From Octopus vulgaris (taxonomy: Eukaryota), in the NCBI GenBank assembly GCA_951406725.2, contig OX597823.1, positions 84,258,001 through 84,322,000 of the forward strand: a stretch of 64,000 nt of DNA, written 5' to 3'. Every line of letters starts with the position of its first letter. Position 1 is the stretch's first letter. A model generated the notes under the pieces. That model saw only the letters and a program-made list of their open reading frames with translations, had not been told where the DNA came from and did not search any database. Both the position numbers and the translations under genes were made by a program. Below, one piece after another: positions 24,271 through 38,782 of the stretch.

Positions 24271-25159
24271 CTTAAAGAGTGAGATGAAAGGTTAAAAGTT
24301 AAGCGAAAAATAATTTTTCTCTCTCATTTATGTTTGTTTATTCTTGTCTTCCTTATCAATTATTATTGTTGTTGTTGTTGTTCTTCTTCTTCTTGTAGCT
24401 GTTGTTTAAAAAAAAAAAATAGAAAGTGTCCTTAAAAATTAGTTGAAGCTGGAAAAGAATAAAAATTTATCTGAAAAGTAAAATAAATATTGAAATAAAT
24501 AAATACCCAGAAGGATCAATTGTGATGGAAAAAGAAAAAGAAAAAATACTTCAATAACTCTTCAACCTTTATCATTACACCCACCACCATCACCACCACC
24601 ACCACCACCACCACAATAATAACTGTTGTAGCAACAACAACAACAACTGCAACAAAAACATATTCTGCAATAACGAATATTGTTATTAGTTTTCCAAAGT
24701 ATGTCTCTGTGTGTATATATGTATGTATCTGTGTATGTATGTATGTGTGTATATACGTGTGTGTGTGTGTGTGTGTGTGTATATAAATACACACACACAT
24801 ACACACACACACACATATATACACACACTCACACATATATATATGCACACACGCATCATTTAATGTAAATTGTTTCCAAGTAAGAGCTACTAAGTTTCTT
24901 GCCATTAAGACACTTTGTTAGGCAGGTTCTATAATGTACCATGTGTCTCTGTGTAATCTTTGGGCTCTTTGGGTTTGTTCTATTTGGAAGTCAAGACTCT
25001 TGTACTCAGAGCTTAACCTGCCTAACAATGTGTCTTAATGGCAAGAAACTATTAGCTCTTATTTCAATAATAGTGTACATTAAATTATATTTATCTCTCA
25101 CTGGATGGAGTACTTTTTTGTTGATCTTACCTTAACAGAACTGTGAACTATACATATAC

Positions 25160-25197
<38 letters not shown>

Positions 25198-25817
25198 GAA
25201 TGAATGTTTTTATATATAATGAACGTGAAATACAGGAAGGGACGAACACGGAACACAGACAAATCATTTGAAGCCTTCAATCTTCAGTCAGACACCGAAT
25301 CATCATAGCAAATTTCGGCTGTTCAATTCTGATATTTGCTCCAACTCGGCCAGCCCCAAGAAAAAAACTAAGCTGTAAGCATTAGATTTCTTGGTAGAAG
25401 ACAGGAATGTGAACGCACAAGACGGATGTAAATACAAGAGACGAAAACGAAATTGAAAACAGTAATGAAAAAACAAAATATATATAACGGTGGTTGTCAT
25501 ACGACTTTAGACCAAATGAGACAAAAACAACAACAACATAGCTGGCGTAGAAATAATTACCGTTTCGGTAGCGGGGACACATGTTGGTCGAGATACGAAG
25601 GCCAACAGAATGGTTTAAGAAGCAGCAGGTCGCAGGAGAGAGAGAGGGAATCAAAGAGGGTGGAAGGCAGGGGATATATATACACACACACACATATGTG
25701 GAGTAGGATGACTTTTTAAAATAAGTTAATAAGTTGTATATGTCTTGTTTTATATATATATATACATATACATATATATATATGCATATATATATATATA
25801 TATGCATATATATATGC

Positions 25818-25883
<66 letters not shown>

Positions 25884-25895
25884 TATATAATATTA

Positions 25896-25926
<31 letters not shown>

Positions 25927-25927
25927 A

Positions 25928-25974
<47 letters not shown>

Positions 25975-25987
25975 TATATACTTACAT

Positions 25988-26036
<49 letters not shown>

Positions 26037-26043
26037 CTTACAT

Positions 26044-26136
<93 letters not shown>

Positions 26137-26137
26137 C

Positions 26138-26220
<83 letters not shown>

Positions 26221-26223
26221 CAT

Positions 26224-26279
<56 letters not shown>

Positions 26280-26875
26280 TACACACACACACATATACAG
26301 ACATATATGTATGCATGCTCCTTGCATGTGTGTGCAAATGCACATGTGCATTTGTGTATCTTTGCGTGAGTATATGCATGTAATTGTGTCATGTGTGCCT
26401 GCATGTTTCTGGAAGTTATAAGCTTGTTTGTGTGGAATACGTGTGGTTGCCAATGAACAATGTGTTGTTATGTATGTATGTATGTATGAGTGTGGTCCGA
26501 TCATCTGAATGTCTCTGTGGGTCTTCATGGTTGTGCAAATATACTTGTTTGTATCTAATTCTCTGAACCTTTTGCTAGTGTTGTGAGTCCAAAATTATAT
26601 TTAGGACTTGGTGCACGCAGCCTGTTGAATATTTTGTAACCTTTGCCATTGTGTTTCAGTTGTGGAACAGTCAACTTTGTCCCTACATATGTTGATGGTA
26701 TTCTGTAGAATTTGAACCCAGATTGTAAAAACAGAAAAAATGCTACTAATGGCAGTGCCCCAGCATGGCCACAGCTTGTGAGCTGAAACTAAATAAAATA
26801 AAAAAAAATAAAAAAAGCTATTAATCTGGCATAATAACGATTCTGGCAGCATACTGCCATCTTATCACCTTATAA

Positions 26876-26966
<91 letters not shown>

Positions 26967-26968
<2 letters not shown>

Positions 26969-27321
26969 GAGCACCCAGAGTGTGCAAACCTCCACCAAGG
27001 CAACACCAATGTCCTCTCTACAATTAGCTGATGATTTTTAAAATGAGAATATCTGAAATAAATTTGACATCTCTCACAAACGAGAATACTAAAAATGAAC
27101 CTGACCACTCTCAAAAATTAAGTAAAAAAAAAAACAGGAACAATAATACAGAATCCTTGTCCGATACTGGATTGATCCCAAAATATAATCAGTTCGTGAG
27201 GCCAAACATCCCTGAAAGTTTCATCCGAATCCATCCAGTGGTTCTTGAGATATCTTGTCCACAGGCAAATAAACAAACCCGACTGAAAACAATACCCCTG
27301 CCTTCGCTAAGGCGGAGGTAA
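26967..27321 (-). mobile_element. Helentron/DINE-1-like non-autonomous element inserted in (TAA)n
   Basis: Minus strand begins TTACCTCCGCCTTAGCGAAGGCAGGGGT and ends CCTTGGTGGAGGTTTGCACACTCTGGGTGCTCTT, giving a sub-terminal IR ACCTCC(G/A)CC plus a 3' stem-loop; no TSD. Confidence 0.7.
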
Positions 27322-29679
27322 TAATAATAATACTTCCTACATAACGAATTTTTGCCTTTGGGTATCAACTGTTATTTCCTATTTGTTTATCCTTAGAAAG
27401 TATGAAAAATGGTTAATATTTCCTTCAAACTTTGCTTTTGTTACATTTATTCAGACCCCAAAGAATCCCTTTCAGTACATGGCTATGATGATCCTGCACT
27501 ACTCCTGCTCATGATCAGAGATGCAAATATTGTCAGCCACTTAGAGACATGCTCAAGTAGTTAAGGTCAAATAACTGACCGGCAAATCTGTGGTGTTGAG
27601 CAGAATATTTTCTATAATGATATTTCTGCTTCAGCAACTCAGTGCTGAATCTGTCTGAAATGTAATGGAAAATAGATCAGTTTCAAAACATTGATGTTCA
27701 GCTCGGAAAAACAAAGTTTGGAGGGAATAGTAGTCATTTCCTTTGATTTCTAGATAGAAACAAAATAAGAAATAATTACTAACAAAAGAAAATATAATAA
27801 AACTTTTCTTACACAGTGTAATACTTTCTACTAAGAACAATATCACAATTCAAGTCAGTCTAAAACATTCTCTTTTACTCCATTGCTCTTATATTTCAAT
27901 AACACTTTTTATTAAAATAGTTTCTGTTTTATGAAATTAAGTAATTAAAAGGTTGTTAATGTTTCTCTATCACTTTGTATTTATTTATATCAGCATCATC
28001 GTCCAGTGCCGTCGGACTGGCACCTGTGCAGGTGACACGTAAAAAGCACCATTTGAGCATGGTTGATGCCAATACTGCCTGACTGGCCTTCATGCCAGTG
28101 GCATGTAAAAAGCACCCACTACACTCTCGGAATAGTTGGCGTTAGGAAAGGCATCCAGCTGTATAAACTTTGCCAAATCAGATTGGAGCCTGGTGCAGCC
28201 TTCTGGCTCACCAGCCCTCAGTCAAACCATCCAACACATGCTAGCATGGAAAGCAGGCGTTAAACGATGATGATAATGATGATAATAATGTCCATGCCAG
28301 CATGGGTTGGATAGTTTTACCAGGGCTGGTAAGCTGAGGGGTTACATCAGACTCCAGTTGTTTATTTTGGCATAGTTTCTATGGCTGGATGCCCTTCCTA
28401 ATGCCAACCACTCTGAGAGTGCAATGGATGCTTTTATGTGCCACCACCATGACACCATGCCATGACTACGGTTTCACTTGGCTTGATGGGTCTTCTTCTC
28501 AAGCACAGCATGTTGTCAAAGGTCTCAGTCATCTGTCATTGCCTTCGGGATGCCCAATGCTCAAAGGGTGCTTTTTGCATAACACTGGCATTGGCCACAT
28601 TGCTTCTGTGTGACCCAATGCTCAAAAGGCACTTTTTAGGTGCCACTGCCATGGTTGCCAGTTACACTACACTGACAACAGCCATGACTATGATTTCACT
28701 TCATCTATCTATTACCTATTTTTAAAAAAAAGTACATTTTAAAATCCTAACGACTTTTCATATTTTGAAGCCTGAAAAATATATTACCTCTTAGACTTCC
28801 TTTCCAAATAACATTCAAACTTGCTTTTTTTTGTATTTTCCTCTTAAACATATATATTTATATTTCATTCAGCTGAACTGATCTCTTTTAAGATAGATTT
28901 TATTGTAATTGTTATTATTTATATTATTATTATTGTTATTATTATTATTATTATCATCCATTATTTTTAAAAAATTTTCCTTTTTCTAACCTTTCAGTAT
29001 TCTAGGATACATAGACCACTTCAGTGTTTAATTCTTCAAAAGCCTTTCTCCTTATCATCCTCTTCTTTTCTCTTTTTTTTTATTCGTTTCTATGTTTTTG
29101 TGATTTTGTTTTTCATTGTCTGATTTGTTTGTTTCATTCAGTATTGTAAAAATTATTATCATTGTTTTATTTATTTATTTATTTAATTTTAGTGAACCCT
29201 TAGTGGTTAATAGACATTGTTGTTGTCTACTTGTGACTGTGTTTCACCAAACTTAACTTTTGACAACAAAACCATCTCTATAAATAACAGCAATAATAAT
29301 AATAATGATGTATTTTTTGAGATTGTATCCATTCAAGTTTTTGGGGAGTTTTTTTTTTGTCTTTTTGTTGTTTTTTTTTCTGGTCGAGTTGAGGGGGACA
29401 TTCTGTTTCAAGGTTTTGCTCTTGAAGCTTTTACCAGCCCTCAGAACAGCGTTTGTTCTTGTTTGTTCCTCACTCTTTTCTATAAAGGAAAAATTTTGAA
29501 AAATGATATTGGCTAAGTAGGTTGAAGAGGTACTGATCACTTGTACTTTTAGTCATATATTTAATCCTGTGAGCATTTCTCTCTCTTTTCTGTACATTTG
29601 TGTGTGTGTGTGTGTGTGTGTGTCCCCAAAATTTGGTGGCCATGTGGCAAAATTTGAAATTAATACTATTAGTGTTAAG

Positions 29680-30015
29680 TGAAGGCACTTCGCTCAGTGG
29701 TTAGAGCGTTGAGCTTACAATCGTGAGGTTGTGAGTTCGAATCCCGGACCAGGCTGGGTGTTGTGTTCTTGAGCAAGACACTTTATTTCACATTGCTCCA
29801 GTTCACTCAGCTGTAGAAATTAGTTGCGACATCACAGGTGCCAAGCTATATCGGCCTTTGCCTTTCCCTTGGATAACACTGGTGGTGTGGAGAGGGGACA
29901 CCAGTATGCATGGGTGACTGCTGGTCTTCTATAAACAACCTTGCCCGGACTTGTGCCTGGGAGAGTAACTTTCTAGGTGCAAACCCAGGGTCATTCAGGA
30001 CCGAAGATGGTCTCA
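29680..30015 (+). mobile_element. tRNA-derived SINE family D
   Basis: A-box-like gctcagtggttagagcg, B-box gttcgaatccc, then core gtgttgtgttcttgagcaagacactttatttcac...ctcagctg. Related heads at 34950-35157(-), 43460-43730 and 60635-60850. Confidence 0.85.
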
Positions 30016-32189
30016 GCATTGTTAAGGTTGTGGGCTGGCAGAATTGTTAGTGGTATTTTGTCTGTCCTTACATTCTGAGGTCAATTTCCACCAAGGTCAG
30101 CTTTGCCTTTCATCCTTTCAGGGTTGATAAATTAAATACCAGTGAAAAACTGGGGTCGATGTAATCATCCATACCCCTCCCCCAAATTTCAGGCCTTGTG
30201 CTTATAGTAGAAAGGATTATTATTATGAAGTGCAAGTCAAATTTTGGGGCCAATAATATTGACTAACCCCCCTCCTCTCCCCTCCTAATTGCTACCCTTG
30301 TGCTTAAAGTAGAAGCCATCTTCATCTCTTCAGGGTTTTTATATTTTAGATTCAAACCCCACTGGAATCAGCTTTGCCTCTGATCTTTTTCAGCTTGATA
30401 AAATACCAGTAAAATATTAGGGTCAGTGGAATTGACTGTAGTAAGTGGTGATTGAATGATGTAGCTCTGGATACATATTTAGGGGACAGGTGGGATAGCT
30501 ATGGTTGAATTGCATTTGATCAGAGTTCATCTTTGTCAGGGTTTAATCTGAGACTGAGAAACTGAAATCATAATTCAGTACAACCATGCTCATACCACAC
30601 TGTGACATGAATCTATTAGTAATTTCCGATTTTTACCAATTTTTGAGTTCCAAGGGTTAAACAAATTGAAAGACATATATTTTTTACCGTAGATGGGTTG
30701 GTAAGGAAGGAAGGAAGGAAGGAAGGAAATCGTTGCTATCTTCAAGAAAATATTTTTTTAAACTTTTTTTTTTGTTTTCCCTTTTTTTAATGCATTCCTT
30801 GTAAATTTCCCTTAATGGCATGCATGATATGTCCCTAGGCCCCGCGTTGGGTTTTAGTTATAGTTGGTTGATGTTCAAAGACATGAAAGGCTTTGTGATA
30901 TATATATATATATGTGTGTGTGTATATATATATTGATATGTATATTTAACATCAGTATATATCATTATTTACTAATTGCAAATATAATATTCCATATTTA
31001 CAGTCAGTATATATGTATGTATATATAAATGTATATGCACATATGTATGTATATATTTGTGTGTGTATATATATATATATATACACATAGAACCACTGAC
31101 TCCTCAGGATAATCTTTACTTCAAGAAGAAGAAAAAATATTTACTTATGTTTTGCCATAAATTGATTAGATCCAATTAATAATAATCTTTTAAGAAGAAG
31201 AAAAAATCACGTGTTTTGCCAGGGAAGTAGTTTCGGTCTGTTTGTTCTTTATGTTGTCACCATTAACAGTGATGCGCCTTTTATCGCTGATTTATCCCAA
31301 CACATTCTAACATTCTAAATGTCGATGCTGCTTGACTTTTTTTAAACTTGTGTGTGACTGTGTGTATTATTTGTGTGTGTGTGTGTGTGTCTGTACATAT
31401 ATATATATATATATGTGTGTGTGTAAATTCATGTAGAGTGTCATGAATACACATATATACACATATGTATATGACAGTCTACATGTTTTTAAATGGTAAT
31501 TATATAAAGGCCTTAGCAATGGTGTGTAGCAAGAAGTTTGCTTCCCAACCACATGCTTCCAGGTTCAGACCCACTGTGTGGCACCTTGTGCAGGTCTCTT
31601 CTAATATAGCCACAGGCTGACCAGAGCCTTTTGAGTGGATTTGGTCGATGGAAACTGAAAGAAGCCCATCTTGTATGTGTGCATGCATGTATGTTACTAT
31701 CTCCTTGTCTTGACATCACAGTACTTGTGAATGGAGGTCTTGTGAGCCATTTTTGTATTCAGCGATCAAAAGGATGAATAGCACAACCAAACCGGGCTTC
31801 AGGGTTGAGAAGTGTGAAAGCTAGAGATGCTGTGAATCCCAATTGGTTGGTATTGATTGTTCAACCATGTCAGAAGTTAATGTTAGTGGTATGAGAAAAA
31901 TACCAAGTACAAGCTGTAAGGTGATTGGCATTAGGTAGGGTCCAGATGTAAAAACCATACCAAAGTAGACAGTGGAACATGTCTACTTTGGGCCCCATCA
32001 GATCCTATCAAACCATGCAAACTATACCAGCATGAGTCCTGGACATTGAATGATGATTATAGTGATGATATTTGTCCCTTGTATTTATTCAGCTCTAGAT
32101 TAGCCATTCAGCAAAATGTGCTTAGTGCATCAAGGGAAGGAGGGGCATCACAGAAATAGTAAATGGCTTACAGCACAAAAGAAATCATT

Positions 32190-32651
32190 TTAACCCTTTT
32201 GTTACCATTTTAATTTTGAGATGATCTGTTTTTTGTTTTTTTTTTCAATTAATTTTAAATATAACATAGAATTTAGTAAAATAACTTTGTTATCATTAAC
32301 CCTTTGGTTACCATATTTATTTTGAGGTGCTCTGTGTTTCTTTCAATTACTTGAAATATAACAAAGAATTTAATAAAATAACTTGGTTATCATTAAGCTA
32401 GTGTTAGGAACATAAATTGTGACTAAGGTTTGGTGGAAAATTTTTATTCAAAACTTATGAAAACAAGACATTTGTACTACAGAGCCAGAGGCGGTTTCAG
32501 CCAGGTCAGTATCGAAAGGGTTAAGCTAGTGTTAGGAACATAAATTGTGACTAAGTTTTGGTGAAAGATTTTAATTCAAAACTTATGAAAACAAGACATT
32601 TGTACTAGAGCCAGAGGCAGTTTTAGCCAGGTTGGTAATCAAAAGGGTTAA
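32190..32651. mobile_element. Self-nested piggyBac-like MITE pair
   Basis: Inner copy 32300-32520 lies between duplicated TTAA (32296-32299 and 32521-32524) inside an outer copy of the same family. Confidence 0.9.
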
Positions 32652-34217
32652 ATTAATATTTGAAGTGATTTCTATGATTGGAAATATAATTTTGAAGTGT
32701 TCATAGTGTCTTAGTGAGGATCTGATCAAAAACTTTTGGTTTAAAAATATGTAGAAAACTTTTTAAATATAAAGTAGGAAATATACAAAAATAAACATTA
32801 TTTTCCATCTTATTGTTTAGTTTTGTTTTGCATTGAAAAGTTAAAATTTATTTTATGAATTATTATTTTTTATATTTTGAATTACATATAAATGGGGGCA
32901 CCAAAATCTTTTAAGCACTTAGGGCCTCTATGGATCTTATCCAGCCCTGTATTCAATGTATGGTCTCTGAGGGAGAGGGCAATAAATACTATATGAATTG
33001 GAGAGAGAAGAAACTAAGGAATCATGGGTAAAAATTAGTGTTTCAGGCAGGAAGAAGCAGATTATGTTTGTTATTGAATAATAAGTTTACTTAAGTAAGA
33101 AAAAGTGTTATTTTTGAGAGCAAAATTATAATATCCCACAAAAACCATTTGAGGAGAAGTGAAATATGATTTATAGAATATACAGATGAAAGATCTTACA
33201 AATTACTATTCAAGCTTTTCTTTCTACCCTTATGTTTTGTTTTCCATTTTGTTTTTTGTTTCTTTATTATTATTATTATTATTATTGTTGATCCGGAAAT
33301 ATATATATCAACTATCAACTCACTTCACGGGACATGCAATGTTCCGGTTTGTTCGAAATTTGATGACGGAAGATTTTCATTATTTTGAATTTTTTTTTTT
33401 TTTTTTTTCTATTTCTTCATATTTCATATTTCTAACAACTATTTCCTTCCAATCTGCTAAAGTTTGTTAAAAGGGATGAAAAAAAAAATCATCACATTTA
33501 TTCATCAATAATCTTTACAGAAACTAACTACCAAACTCATAATTACCCACCTTACTGAAACTCTTTTTTTTTGTTAGCATCTTCTTTAATTAACTTCATC
33601 TCCTTCTTCATCTTCTTTCTTTTATTTCTTCCTTTCCTTCAGCATCTTCAGTTTCATCTTCTTGTTTTTGATCCGAATTTCTCAGTTTCATTTTGCTTTT
33701 GTTTTTCATTTTCATCTTCTCTTTTCAATCAGTTCTCTTTTCCTTTCCGTTCGATCATTCTCATCTTGCCTCTTTCAACCATTTTCTTCATCTTTAATTA
33801 TAAGTCTCTCCCTATCTTTCTCACTCACATACCTCCCCCCTCTCTCTCCCTCCTTACCAGCATTCTTGTCTGCTTTTTTAGTATTTATTCACCCCCACCA
33901 GTCGTTCTCTCTCTTTCTCTCTCCTCCCTTTTTCTGTCGAAGTTCTATTGTTGCTGTTGTGAGCATCATTCCCCTCCCTCCTTACCTGTCTGAAATTGTA
34001 AACTTTGTGTTGGTTGTTTCATATTTCAAGAAGTAACATCATCGATGCTATTGATTAAGGTACCATAATACTGTGGTTCTGTGGTGCTGTAAAAACACAA
34101 GAGAAAATGAAGTTAGTTTTGGAATGGAAATTATATAGTTGGTAATGGTAAATTAGCTAAAGGATAATCTCTTGGAGTTTATAAGACTTATATACCATGA
34201 GGAGAGTAGTTGCAGTT

Positions 34218-34545
34218 TCCTCTTCATCTTTCTTCTTCTCCTTCCTTCTTCATTTTCCTTCTTCTTCTTCTTCTTCTTCTTCTTCTTCTTCTTCTTCTTC
34301 TTTTTCTTCTTCGTTTTCTTCTTCCTTCTTCTGCTTTTTCTTCTTCTTCTTTTTCTTCTTCTTCTTCCTCCTCCTCCTTCTTTTTCTTCTTCGTTTTCTT
34401 CTTCTACTTCTTTTTCTCCTCTTTTTCTTCTTCTTCTTCTTCCTCCTCCTCCTTCTTCTTTTTCTTCTTTTTCTTCGTTTTCTTCTTCCTCCTACTCCCC
34501 TTCTTCTTCTTCTTCTTCTTCTTCTTCTTCTTCTTCTTCTTCTTC
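34218..34545. repeat. (CTT)n microsatellite
   Basis: Visible tandem repeat. Confidence 0.95.
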
Positions 34546-34808
34546 AGCCAAAACCAAGTAAGTGAATTTGAATAGACAGAAACTGAAACAACAAAAACAT
34601 TATTTATTTATTATTTTTTTTTTACTTATTTCAGTCATTTCACTGTGGCCATGCTGGAGTCTCGCCTTTAGTCAAGCAAATCCACCCCAGCACTTATTCT
34701 TTGTAAGCCTAGTACTTATTCTGTTGGTCTCTTTTGCCAAACCGCTAAGTTACGGGGACGTAAACACACTAGCATCAGTTGTCAAGTGATGTTAGGGGGA
34801 CACACGCA

Positions 34809-34891
<83 letters not shown>

Positions 34892-36714
34892 CTCCACTGA
34901 GCATTTTGCCCAGCATGCTGGTGGTTCTGTCAGCTCTCTGCCTTATTAAAACATAGTTCTCAGAGAGATTCAGCATGACAGAATGTAACAAGGCTGGCCC
35001 CTGGGAATTACAGGTATAATTCATTCTTATGAGGTGAATGGAATGGAGCAATGTGAAATGAAGTGCTTTGGTCAAGGACATAATGCACTGCCAGGAATTG
35101 AACTCATGACCATATAATAATGAGCCAAGCACCCTAACCACTAAGCTACCTGCCTCCAAGAATGAATTATACCTGTAATTTAATGGGCATTAAATGATGG
35201 CTATTTACAATGGACAGATAGGTGTCCTCATCTTGTTTGTTGTTATCACGTTTCGGCTGATGTACTCTCCAGTCTTCATCAGGTGTCCTGGTGGAATTTT
35301 GAACCCACCCCTTTATTTGACTAGTAGGGTACGCTTTTCTCATTCCTAAGGTATGTTGTTATTTTTCTCTTGGTATCATTTTCCAAGTCCCTGCCTGGAA
35401 TTGAACTTAGAATTGATGTACATAATTCCTCATCCCCAAAGCATAAAAAAGCATTAAATGATTGTGTCAAATACACCGCAAATGCCTGTAATCTGATATG
35501 ATTATTCCATCTTTGGCCCAAACCGACCAAGTTGAAGTTATATATTTCAACACACGGCATATGCTTGTGATGCGTAATGTACAGTAGGGAAAGAGAAGAA
35601 AATACGTTAATTTTTACCCAATTAAGCTGTTATGTTCGACAGACTGAATAAAAATGAAAAGACATAATTCAGTTTGTTTGCTTTAAGATTCGTCTCTGTT
35701 TATTTATTTATTTATTTATTTATTTGTTTATTGTTTTTCTCCGAAATTTTGCTTTTCACCGTTTATAAGACTTTGAATCATGTATTGGTGTATATCTTGG
35801 CCTTAGCACAAGAAAACTTTGTGCTGTTATTTGAAGAGAAAGCAAAATAGCCATCAAACAATCATTGGAGGGTTTTTTTTTTCTTCATTTTCTTTTTTCT
35901 CATTCTTTTTTTTTTGGTCTTTGAGGAGTAAAATGGCTTTTATTTAATTTGACATTTTTCTCCAAAGTATTTCCTTGTCAAAGTCAATAAAATTTGAAGG
36001 GTGTGCATGCGTGTGTGTGTGGGGGTGGGCACCCATGTTTGTGTGTTCATGTATGTGTGTATGTGTGTGCACGTGTCTGTGTGCGCCTGTGTCAATGTGT
36101 ATGTGTGCATGTGTCGATGCATGCATGTATGTATGTGTATGTGCACCTATATTTATGTCACTGTGTGTGTGTGTATATGTGCATGCATGTGTGTTCCCCT
36201 TCACCATGCCCCACAAACATTTCCATAAAAGCTGGGCCTGACAAATTCTCCCATATTCCAACCCTTGTTTTTCAACCTTTAAACATGCAGCCAACCTCCG
36301 CAACTAATCCACCCCCACCTCACACCCATCTAGCCCCTACCCCCCTACACGACCCCACAACCCACTCTTAAATTCTTCGCCATCCCTGCCACTGCCCTTC
36401 ACCTTACACTTCAACGCCACTCACCCTCTTTATCAATCCACCCTCATCACCCCCACCCTGCTCACCTTCACCCCCACCATGTCTCTTTCTTTGGAAAAAG
36501 TCTGCTGCTATGTCAATATTTTGTCCTCTGATAAAAAAAAAACCAAGAAAAAAACTTGAAGCCAATTTTCCCAATTCATTAGAAGCTTTTCAGGTCTTTT
36601 CTTCCCCATTTCTATTGATGAAATCACTAACTTTATTATTTTTCTCTCTTTAAGTTTTAAAAAGATGTCTAAATAAGAAACAATTGTGTGTGTGTATGTA
36701 TATGTATTTGTTTA

Positions 36715-36750
<36 letters not shown>

Positions 36751-37746
36751 TGTATGTGTATGTATTTGTTTATATATATATATATATATATATGTGCATG
36801 TATGTATTTCTATATATGTGTATGTATGTATATGTATTCGTTTATCTATATATATATATGTGCACGTATGTATTTCTATATATGTGTATGTATGTATATG
36901 TATTCATATATATATATATATATATGTGCATGTATGTATTTCTAAATATATGTATATGTATTTGTTTATATATATATGCACATGTATGTATTTCTATATA
37001 TGTATGTATATGTGTGTGTATATATGTATATACATATGTATGTTACAAATAATTATATGTGTGTGTGTATTTATATTTATATACACAAAACAGGAGAGAA
37101 TATCATCTACTCAACAACTCCATTCACTTTTGTTGCACATTTCCATACATCTATCTACTTGTTTTGGATTCATTCTATTTATTTTTTTTTTCTTACACCC
37201 CCCTCTCGCCTATCTTTCCCCCTCCCCTCCAATTCAACCTTTTTATTAAATGGCTAATTTCTCTTTTTCCTTTTCTCACTTACTCACATCTGCCTTCACT
37301 TCAGTAATATTTAATAATGATGATAAAAATAATGATAACAATAATGATAATAATAATAATAATTTTTCCTTTATTTTTAATAAGATTAATACTTTCTATA
37401 TTTTTAACACTATTAATAAGAATGCTGTCTTTCTTGTAAGCAATAAGTGATATGGATAATAATAATAATAATAATAATATCAGTACTTTCCATATTTTTT
37501 TATAATAATAGTAATAATGATTTCTACCTTTTAGATGATATAAAAATTAAAAATTATGTTTAAATATATATATATATATATATAAATAAATTAATAAGAT
37601 GCAGGAGTGGTTGTGGGATAAATAGCTTACTTACCAACATGGTACCTTGGGTAAGTATCTTCTACTATTGCCTTGAGCCATCCAAAGCCTTGTGAGTGGA
37701 TTTGGTAGACAGAAACTGAAAGAAGCCTGTCGTATATATATATATA

Positions 37747-38782
37747 TCTATATACATAAAACTGAGAATGTGTGTCTGTCTGTCTGTGTGTTTCCCTAAA
37801 ACTTGAGAACTACACAACCAATTTCATTCAAATTTTACACGTGCCTTACTTAGGGTCCATGTAGTTTCATGGGCAAAAAAAATGTTCAACTTCTTGCCCA
37901 GAACGAGCCCATAGCAATATCATATCTTCTCCACTATTTCAGTATTATGCGTTAAAAGTGAAACAAAAACATTTCTCTATTTTACGTCAGATACTTTCAC
38001 TTTAACAATAAAAATAATAATAATTGAATTATATGTAGTAAGCAATAATTAAAATCAAACTAAAGTATAATATAATCGTAACATAACAAAAGTAAAAAAT
38101 AGCAATTGGTATAAAATTGCATCAATGACTTGAACTTGAATAAGTGGTTTCACATGAATGGGAATAAATTAAAAATAAAATTAGCGTGCAGAAATGGAAT
38201 AGTCCAGATGGATAATAAAAAATTAAATTAAAGAAAAGACTATTGTCTATAAAGTATACAATGTAGAGAAAAAAGAAGATTTGAACACATGGAGGAAAGC
38301 ACCTTCGAAAAGTGTCTTGGTGCGACTATGAAAGATATCTAATTAGAGGCTTACAAATTCGCCACAATAGAAGCAAGGTTCGAGTTAATGGAGCGTGCAA
38401 GGGAGTACTCGACTCGAACTTGCAAAGTGGAAATATTTTATTTTTACCTTTATATCTGGGATGTAGGACGTGCCAGAAAAAAATTTTAAATGCTCCCCCC
38501 ACTCCCCAGAAGTAGAGGTAGGCTGGATTGTAGCCACACTTCTTTACAAGAGGGAGGACAAGATACAATTGATCGAAATTACAAGAGACGGGCTAACAAT
38601 TCCAGTCTGTTATATATTTTGAGTATTGTTATCACTAACGATATCAAGATATAACTTTGTATTTTGTATTTTATGTGTAGATGTATATATATATAGATGT
38701 ACATGTAATATGTACACATATATATACACATATATACATGCACTAGCACTATGACCCAGCAACGACGAGTCTTTAATGCTAG
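37747..38782 (+). mobile_element. ~1-kb non-autonomous Helitron-type element, copy 1, inside a family A SINE (37597-38980)
   Basis: 5' TC(TATATACATAAAACTGAG), 3' gacccagcaacgacgagtc hairpin then CTAG; highly similar to 61238-62255. Confidence 0.85.

Noticed and set aside
29690-29750. tRNA gene
   Set aside because: A/B boxes are present, but the sequence runs into a SINE core and recurs at 54531-54857; no complete cloverleaf.
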